From Octopus vulgaris (taxonomy: Eukaryota): a stretch of DNA of 64,000 bases. Under the pieces are notes generated by a model, which did no database searches, had not been told where the DNA came from, and worked only from the letters and a program-made list of their open reading frames with translations. The position numbers and the translations under genes are program-made. Positions 56,358 to 64,000 of the stretch are shown here, in pieces (the stretch's first letter is position 1; each line of letters begins with the position of its first letter). The stretch spans positions 19,964,001 to 20,028,000 of the forward strand of contig OX597834.1 of assembly GCA_951406725.2 (NCBI GenBank), given 5' to 3'.

Positions 56358-56587
56358 TTCTTTATTGCCCACAAGGGGCTAAACATAGAGGGGACAAACA
56401 AGGACAGACAAAGGGATTAAGTAGATTACATCGACTCCAGTGCGAAACTGGTACTTAATTTATCGACCCCGAAAGGATGAAAGGCAAAGTCGACCTCGGC
56501 AGGATTTGAACTTAGAACGTAACAGCAGACGAAATACGGCTACGCATCTCACCCAGCGTGCTAACGTTTCTGCCAGCTCGCCGCCTT
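56358..56587 (-). mobile_element. tRNA-derived SINE with Nin/Deu-like domain, young copy
   Basis: Reverse complement aaggcggcgagctggcagaaacgttagcacg...gccgaggtcgactttgcctttcatcctttcggggtcgataaattaagtaccag; CpGs are retained. Confidence 0.85.
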
Positions 56588-58226
56588 CGGTGAAAAATCT
56601 TATAGCGGGGTTTTTATCTCTGGTTAGAATGAAAGTAATTTTTTCTTCTTGTTGGTGTTGCTGTTGATGATGATGATTACCTTGATGGTGGTGATGACAA
56701 TGGTCAGAGTGTCAGACTTGCAATCATGAGGAAGGGAGTTCAAATCCTGGACTGGGCTGTGTGCTGTGTTCTTGAGCAAGACACTTTATTTCACATTGCT
56801 CCAGTTCACTCAGCTGTAGAACTGAGTCGCAACACCACTGGTGCCAAGCTTGTGTGTGTGTGTGTGTGAGTGTCGTGTTAATGTGTATGTTTGTGTTAGT
56901 AATGTGTGTGAGTGTTAGTCACATGTATACATTTATTGGTAATGCGTGTATATGCATTACCAGAATGTACTTTATTCAAGACACTCGCGGTTCCACCAAT
57001 ATTCTGCCTTGCACTGGTATTTTGGTTTATTGATCCTGAAAGAATGAAAGACAAAGCTGACCATCAACTTTAATGGGATTTGAACCTGAAGTGCAAAAAG
57101 GTGGACGAATTGCCGCAAATCTCCAATAGTTTTGCTAATCCACTGTTCTGGATCAGTGAATTGTCTTTATACTCACAGAGTGGTTGGCGTTAGGAAGGGC
57201 ATCCAGCTGTAGAAACACTGCCAGATCAGACTGGAGCCTGGTGCAGCCTCCTGGCTTCCCAGACCCCGGTCGAACCTTCCAACCCGTGCTAGCATGGAAA
57301 ACGGACATTAAACGATGATGAAGATGACGATGAATCCTGAAAGAATAAAAAGCTGAGTTGACCATAAATCTCAGTGAAACTCCAAGAGCAGAAAGCTGGA
57401 GGAAGCGCCACAAAGCATTTTATTCCAAACCCTAACAGTTCAACCACCAAGCAATGGGCCTTTTGCTTCATGACCCTCAAAAGAACAAACGGCAGAGTTC
57501 ACTGCTAACCACTGTAGGATTTGAACCCAAACAGCAGAAATCCAAAGTAAATACAAAACATTTGTCCTACACTCCAGCATTAGTGCCAATTCGATTCATG
57601 CATGTTCTATAAATGGCAAGAACAATATTAAAAATCAGAATGAGAAATATTGCTTAAACAGCTGAATCAATGGTTGTTGGCAAAAACTTCATGCTGTGTC
57701 CTGCTGTCAGAACATACAGTACACTACAGTAGAATTCAGTGGAATTTCTTCGTGTTTATTTCTGAATAAGCTCTGTCAATTCACTTGTCGACAAACGGCA
57801 TTAAAACTAAACTGATTAAAAACCAAGAGATTTATTGCATGAATATATTACCATTTTTAGATGTATTCCACTTTTAGAGACAGTCTGACCATGTTACATG
57901 TTTTCTATGCTTATTTAAACCAGCTTATCCATGTTCAATTCTCCTGGCATTTATTTTATTGAAGTGCTGATATTTGCGAAAAATAAAATTTAAATGGAAT
58001 CTCAGACAGGAAGAGCTTTGTGATTAACAAGTTCACTTGGCAGCCATATGCTTTCAAGTTCTGTCCCACTGCATGGTATCATAGAAATGCGTTTTACTAT
58101 ACCTCCTGGACAAGCAATGGTGGGGGAGTGAATTTCATAAATTAAAAACTGTGTGGAAGCCTGTCTTGTATATGTGTCTACATTTGTGTGTGTGTTTCTG
58201 TTTGTTGTTTTTTTACAACATCACAC

Positions 58227-58284
<58 letters not shown>

Positions 58285-58288
<4 letters not shown>

Positions 58289-58496
58289 CCAGATGCAGCA
58301 TGGAATTTTGTCAGTGAACAGGTCGTGGTCTCAAAGTGATGAAAATATTTTGACAAATTAAATTTAAATGTTGAAGTGAATCTAACGGTTTTTGTGTGTT
58401 TCTTAAATGGCTTATAAATACCTTCCACGCTGCAATTGTTTTTGTTCCAGCACACAATCTCAGATCAGGTCACTTGCTATGCAAGTACATCTCTGT

Positions 58497-58498
<2 letters not shown>
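58285..58498 (+). mobile_element. ~215-bp (TA)n-embedded element carrying the variant hammerhead (copy B)
   Basis: Homologous to 30613-30826, with a terminal hairpin ACTTGC-tat-GCAAGT, and flanked by (TA)n on both sides. Confidence 0.75.
58307..58357 (+). ncRNA. Hammerhead-like fold with G3-C8 swapped core
   Basis: UUUGUCA-GUGAACA-G-GUCGU(ggucucaaa)GUGAU-GAAA-AUAU-UU-UGACAAA: 7-bp stem I, 5-bp stem II (with GU pairs) and palindromic AAUAUU stem III. Confidence 0.6.
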
Positions 58499-58533
<35 letters not shown>

Positions 58534-58701
58534 TGTGATCACGTGACCAACTAGGCTATCAGATGTTGTTACACTGATCACACTGTGCTTTTGCATTGTT
58601 TTAGCCTTCAAATGATGCCACCCTGCTGGCTAGGTGAGCAGGCCAACATTCCTCCCCGATCAATGGAGGACTAGAACAACATGAAGTGAAGTGTTTTGAA
58701 T

Positions 58702-58927
58702 GTGGCAAGTTGGCAGAATTGTTAGCACATTGGGCGAAATGCTTGGTGGTATTTTGCCTGTCGCTAGGTTCTGAGTTCAAATTCTGCCAAGGCTAACATT
58801 GGCTTTCATGGCTGAGGTCAACTTTGCTTTTCATCCTTTTGGGGTCAATTAAATAAGTACCAGTTACGGACTGGGGTCAATGTAATCAACTTAATCCCTT
58901 CCTTGTGCTTCCAGTAGAAAGAACTAT
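58702..58927 (+). mobile_element. Nin/Deu-type SINE whose (ATT)n tail hosts the R4/Dong fragment
   Basis: Homology as above, with a small internal duplication of gaggtcaactttgc/ggctaacattggc. Confidence 0.78.
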
Positions 58928-58929
58928 CG

Positions 58930-58987
<58 letters not shown>

Positions 58988-59071
58988 CATCATTGCCTTT
59001 GCACAGCTTCTAATACTGGAGATGTACTGCAGTATCAGCTGTTCACTACCAGTGAACTAAGGTAACACCTC

Positions 59072-59419
59072 TTATTCTTCAAGCACCTTCCGGAGTATTG
59101 AAGCAGCTCTAACCAGTGCTGTTTTCTGCAAGTGCTCCTCCCCTTTTGCAGCCCCTATTTCTTCCACATACTTCTCAAGATTTTTGCTCACTGTTCCCAG
59201 GGATCCGACAGTTATTGGTACTACTCCTACCTTTTTCACCACCCACAACTGCTTAACTTCCCAAGCTAACCTGTCTTATCTCTCAACTTTTCTTTCTTCC
59301 TTATCGCATACCTTGTTGTCAGCTGGGCATGTTATATCTATGCTCCAGCATAGTTTGTTTTCTTTCTCAATTTAGACTATATTCGGCTTCCTATTCTTTA
59401 TCTCATGGTCGCACTGAAA
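59072..59419 (-). pseudogene. Decayed C-terminal restriction-like endonuclease domain of an R4/Dong-type non-LTR retrotransposon (5'-truncated)
   Basis: Translation: FQCDHEIKNRKPNIV*IEKENKLCWSIDITCPADNKVCDKEERKVER*DRLAWEVKQLWVVKKVGVVPITVGSLGTVSKNLEKYVEEIGAAKGEEHLQKTALVRAASILRKVLEE*. It matches the RLE motifs (R/K)PD, ID.xP, K..KY, VP..vG.LG and LQK..L...ILRKVL, with two in-frame stops. The 3' UTR runs to ~58994, and (TAA)n flanks both sides. Confidence 0.88.
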
Positions 59420-59434
59420 TTATTATTATTATTA

Positions 59435-59492
<58 letters not shown>

Positions 59493-60224
59493 CATCATCA
59501 TCATTTTCTTGTTCTTTGAAAGAGTTTATTTTTTTTTTGTAATTTCTCTTTCAGAAAATCTCATTCACTTATTTAGTTCAGTGACAAATGGTTTCTGTTT
59601 GTCTATTCTCTCATTAACAAAATGAATTTGCGATGTCCTAAAACCTGACGCACGCATTTATCCTCTTCAGGCTTTATTATCTCTGGATTGCTACGTAAAC
59701 AGAAATTTCATCAAAACTACTTCATTTGGAAAAGTATCATCATTATCATCTAATCACAAAAAACTTTTCTTTCTTATTTCCATTATCAAACTTTGACAGA
59801 ATATGTTATTATTGAAGAATATTACCACCAATGCAACCTCACCACCATTTCATACACACAAACATACAAATTTCAAAACAGATTGCATTGTACTTTTATT
59901 TGCCATATTATATCATTCTTGCTTCGAAAGTCATTTATTTTCTGTTGTAATATCTTTAAAGTGACCAGCATTAAATACATCTTTTCATTATATTAATTCG
60001 GATTGAGAAAAACAAAAAAAAAAAGAAGAACCAAATTAGTTCTTCGTAAATAGCCATATTAGATATCTTTGATGAATTCTTAAAAGTGTGGTTAGGAATC
60101 TTGAATAATTTTACATCGATATTTTTAAGGGATTCGGTACTTTTGTTATTAGTTTTAGCTTCTGCTTATATATAAATGTGTGTGCTTGTGTGTGTGTGTG
60201 TGTGTGTGCATGTATTGATATATG

Positions 60225-60271
<47 letters not shown>

Positions 60272-60280
60272 ATATATATG

Positions 60281-60347
<67 letters not shown>

Positions 60348-60404
60348 ATATATGTATATATATGTATATATATGTATATATATATATGTATATATATGTA
60401 TATA

Positions 60405-60452
<48 letters not shown>

Positions 60453-61122
60453 TTACATAGATGGATAATCTATGTGTGTATTTACGCATATGTGTAAATA
60501 TATGTACATATATGTGTGTGTGTGTGGTGTGTGTGTGTGTGTGTGCTTGCTCACTTGTTTCATTATCTTTAATTCCTTTTTATTTACAGTCAATCCAGAT
60601 ATTAATGGAAAATTTGTTGACTTCATCATAAAGAGATATGTCTTCCAAGTTAGAAATATAAATGTACTTACTGTTATTTTATTGTGTGTTTGTGTGTATG
60701 TGTGTGTATGTGTGTGTGTGTATGTGTGTATGTGTGTATGTATGTGTATGTGTGTGTGTATGTGTGTGAATCTGTGTAAATATATTCATTACTATTTCTG
60801 TATGTGTGTCATGTGATTGTCCATCAGAGAATCAATTATTCAGCAATATTTTACTCTCGTTAATCAGTATTTTAATCAAGCAACATAACCAAACGACATC
60901 GCCATCAACAAAATCATTATCATCATCTTCGTCTCCATCATCTTATTTATCATTGCCATGATCATCCCTGTCAGCTTATCTCTCATCACCACCACCATCA
61001 TAATCATCATCACCACCATCATCATCATCACTATCACCATCATCATCATCATCACCATCACTCCCCAGCAGCTTATTTATCATCATCATCGTCATCATCT
61101 TCATCCCCATCATTACTATCAC

Positions 61123-61181
<59 letters not shown>

Positions 61182-61561
61182 CCATCATCTTATTTATCAT
61201 CATCATCATCATTGTCACCACCATCATCGTTATGATGCCCAATAGCTTATTTATCATCATTGACATCATCATTGCCATCACCATTATCACAATCATGATC
61301 ATCCTCATTCCCATAATCATCATCATCCTCATGACCATCATCAGCATCATCTTTATCATCATAATCATCATCCTGACATGCTACTTTTCCATGCCTACAT
61401 ACTTATCAAGGCAAATTTTCTGTGACCAGATGCTCTGCCTGTCTCCAACTCTTCTCCGTTTCCAAAAATATACAACAGTGTTCCTAATACTCAAAATACA
61501 AACACCCCTTCAGGGATCTTCTGCAATCCTGTCTTTTAAACATGGCAAAATTCTTTCATTT

Positions 61562-61754
61562 TTTTTACTTGTTTCAGTCATTTGACTGCAGCCATGCTGC
61601 AGCAGCGCTTTGAGGGATCTTAGTCAAACAAATCGACTTCAGGACTTATTCTTTAAGCCTAGTACTTATTCTAGCAGTCTCAGTTACAGGTATGTAAATA
61701 CACCAACATCAATTATAAAGCAGTGATGAAGCAACAAACATACAAACACACTCA

Positions 61755-61845
<91 letters not shown>

Positions 61846-62195
61846 GTAGAATTCACAAAAAAACAAAAGACAAATACAGGTGGTGTAGAAAACAAACAGT
61901 TGTATTAGTATAATGCTCAGAAATTGAAAAAGTCTTTAATGTTTCGAGCCTATGCTCTTCTACAGAAAGGAACACAGAAAGAAACAAGGAGACAAAAAAT
62001 GTGTGTAGTGGCTAGCGATCTATCATGACGAATGCTGAACAGAAGGGTCACATGTACATATATATATATATAGGACAAGCTTCTTTCAGTTTCTGTATAC
62101 CAAATCCACTCACAAGGCTTTTGTTGGCCTGAGGCCATAGTAGAAGACACTTGTCCAAGGTCCCACACAGTGGGACTGAACCGAGGACCATGTGG
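61562..62195 (-). mobile_element. CORE-type SINE interrupted in its internal microsatellite by a hammerhead-bearing element
   Basis: The 3' half is at ~61562-61745 and the 5' half at ~62075-62195, with the insert at ~61842-62055 between them. Confidence 0.75.
61934..61969 (-). ncRNA. Degenerate minimal hammerhead-like fold in a short element (~61842-62055) nested in a SINE
   Basis: Reverse complement: CUUU-CUGUAGA-A-GAGC(auag)GCUC-GAAA-CA-UU-AAAG. It has the same GAGC/GCUC stem II as 45537-45571; the core has U at position 6. Confidence 0.5.
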
Positions 62196-62944
62196 ATTCC
62201 TTGATAGGTAAATCCTGAATTAGCTTCCTTGAATTTTATGCAGTTAGCTTGAATGCATTGTGTATAACACTGTAATAAAGATGTTTTGAGGATGTATATA
62301 CTCCATTCTTTTTTCTTATGTCTTGTATATACATATATGTGTGGTGGGTGGCATGTGTGTGAGTGCTGGCATTTATGTGTATGTATGCATGTGTGTGTGT
62401 GTGTGTGTGTGTGTGCACACACATATGTGTATTTGTATATATGTATATATATATATATGTACGTATGTATATATGTCTATGTAAATAATCACTAATATTA
62501 AGGACTTCAGTAAACTGGAAAATCTGATTTGCATAAGCAGTGCTTTGCCAACAGAGAGATCAGTTATTTAATTATGTATGCTCTCAGCAGTATATTCTCA
62601 ATAACATAACAATACAATAGATTACATCTGCTGCAGTAGCACAGTGAGAGTGTATCAACATTTGTTTAAATTGGGCCAATATATTTGATGACACATGCAG
62701 CGTCAGCTAAACTTCATATCATTACGATAGACATTACTTTATGGTACATTTATGTCATTAAAAACAAATCCTATTCCTACTTCATAGTTCAGTGATTATC
62801 TGTAAGAAAGGCAAATGTGAGAAACAAAATAAAAATAAAACAAAAAAAAAGAACAGTTATTCTAATAAGTAATCCATGTGCAAATCATTTGTTTTGATGT
62901 TGTTTTAATGAGTGAACTAAACATAAGCTGAGAATCATTAAAAA

Positions 62945-63321
62945 TAGAGCCGGATTTATAGGGTAATGAAGGGGGAAATTGCCCCAGGTCACTACAAGAT
63001 ATTGGGGGCCCCCTGCTATCTGCTATGAAATGTATGTAGCACTCAATACAGGGTGGCTCCACCTCTCAGCAGTCAGGCATGAAGAAGCTCTCTTTTGATA
63101 TACAAAGGTATCATCGCTTCTTAAAAAATGAAATGGATTTTCTTTTATGATAAATAACCATAGATTTTGCCACCTTAGAGACACCAATTAATTCAATTAA
63201 AATAATAAGATGGGTTTTGAGATTTAAATTCGGTAATTTTCCAAGATTTTAATTCGTGTGTATAACGGGCCCACTGAAATTGAAGTGACACACACACATC
63301 CATGGTTTAAATCCAGTCCTG
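62945..63321. mobile_element. Decayed DNA transposon with short TIRs
   Basis: agagccggattta / taaatccagtcctg termini, with subterminal gggcccc motifs. Confidence 0.5.
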
Positions 63322-64000
63322 ATTAAAGGTTGCCAGTTGACAAAGCAATACTTAGCCCAGTTGATGTGTTAGCTAATATAATACTTGTATTACTGAGAGT
63401 TTTATTTATTTATCTTTTATTTCTATTGTAATTTGTGAAAAATAGCAATCTCTGGCTTACCATATTTTACATGACTACAGTAACACTGGAATGTCTTTAA
63501 CAGTAATCTAGTCCAGAAGTTTACTTAAATTTTACTTAATGTTTACTTAAATTCCATGGCACATCAGTTCACTCAAAAGCCAAATTGGAAGGTAGAAACA
63601 ATGCCTGTAGAAAATCAGAATACTGGACAGAACAGCACCAAATTGTGATCTGCCATGGTACTTCAGTCTCCTGCAAAGCGAAATTGGCAGCAGCAGAAAT
63701 GATGTCAGAGGAAAATCAACACCGAAACTCTCTCAGATCCAGAAAAGTCAGCAAACAACTTGAGTAATGCCTGGATGATAAACTGCTTTCCATTAACATA
63801 GAATATTACAGCATTATTGAAAACATATAGTATACTTTAAACACACATACACACACTGATGACATATGTGTATATGTAACTGGGTGATGTATCTATACAG
63901 CTATGTTTTGCTCTCAGCAATATCCTATTGTTTTCCCATCACACTGGAAATATTGTTGTGTTTCAAAGTTTATGGTCATTAATCATTATTTTGATTTGGA

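Noticed and set aside
60876-61585. His-rich and Met-rich ORFs
   Set aside because: (CAT)n microsatellite expansion.
63585-63767. 60-aa ORF in unique sequence near the window end
   Set aside because: No convincing splice sites or recognisable motif.

Overview
This is AT-rich eukaryotic DNA saturated with microsatellites, almost certainly from an octopus (coleoid cephalopod), judged from the SINE families and the density of (TA)n, (CA)n, (GATA)n and (TAA)n tracts. Nearly all ORFs in the track are microsatellite artefacts. The one credible host coding segment is a first coding exon at 9101-9319 (+): polyQ N-terminus, an SxIP-like SRIP motif and a strong CAG|GTAAGA donor. A CpG-rich putative promoter/5'UTR lies at about 5.6-6.1 kb, and the rest of the window looks like a very large intron. 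That intron holds several tRNA-derived SINE families (CORE-, Nin/Deu-, Meta- and V-domain types, some nested with clean TSDs), piggyBac-, mariner-, hAT- and Helentron-type non-autonomous elements, a decayed R4/Dong-type endonuclease fragment inside (TAA)n, a tRNA-Asp pseudogene and two minisatellites. The most interesting signal is a set of short (TA)n-embedded elements carrying minimal type I hammerhead-ribozyme folds of the Penelope-like-element type. One has a canonical core inside a perfect 326-bp palindrome. A two-copy family has an apparently compensated G3-C8 core (GUGAACA). Others have U4C/G8A or A6U cores. All ribozyme calls are read by eye and untested, and repeat boundaries are approximate.
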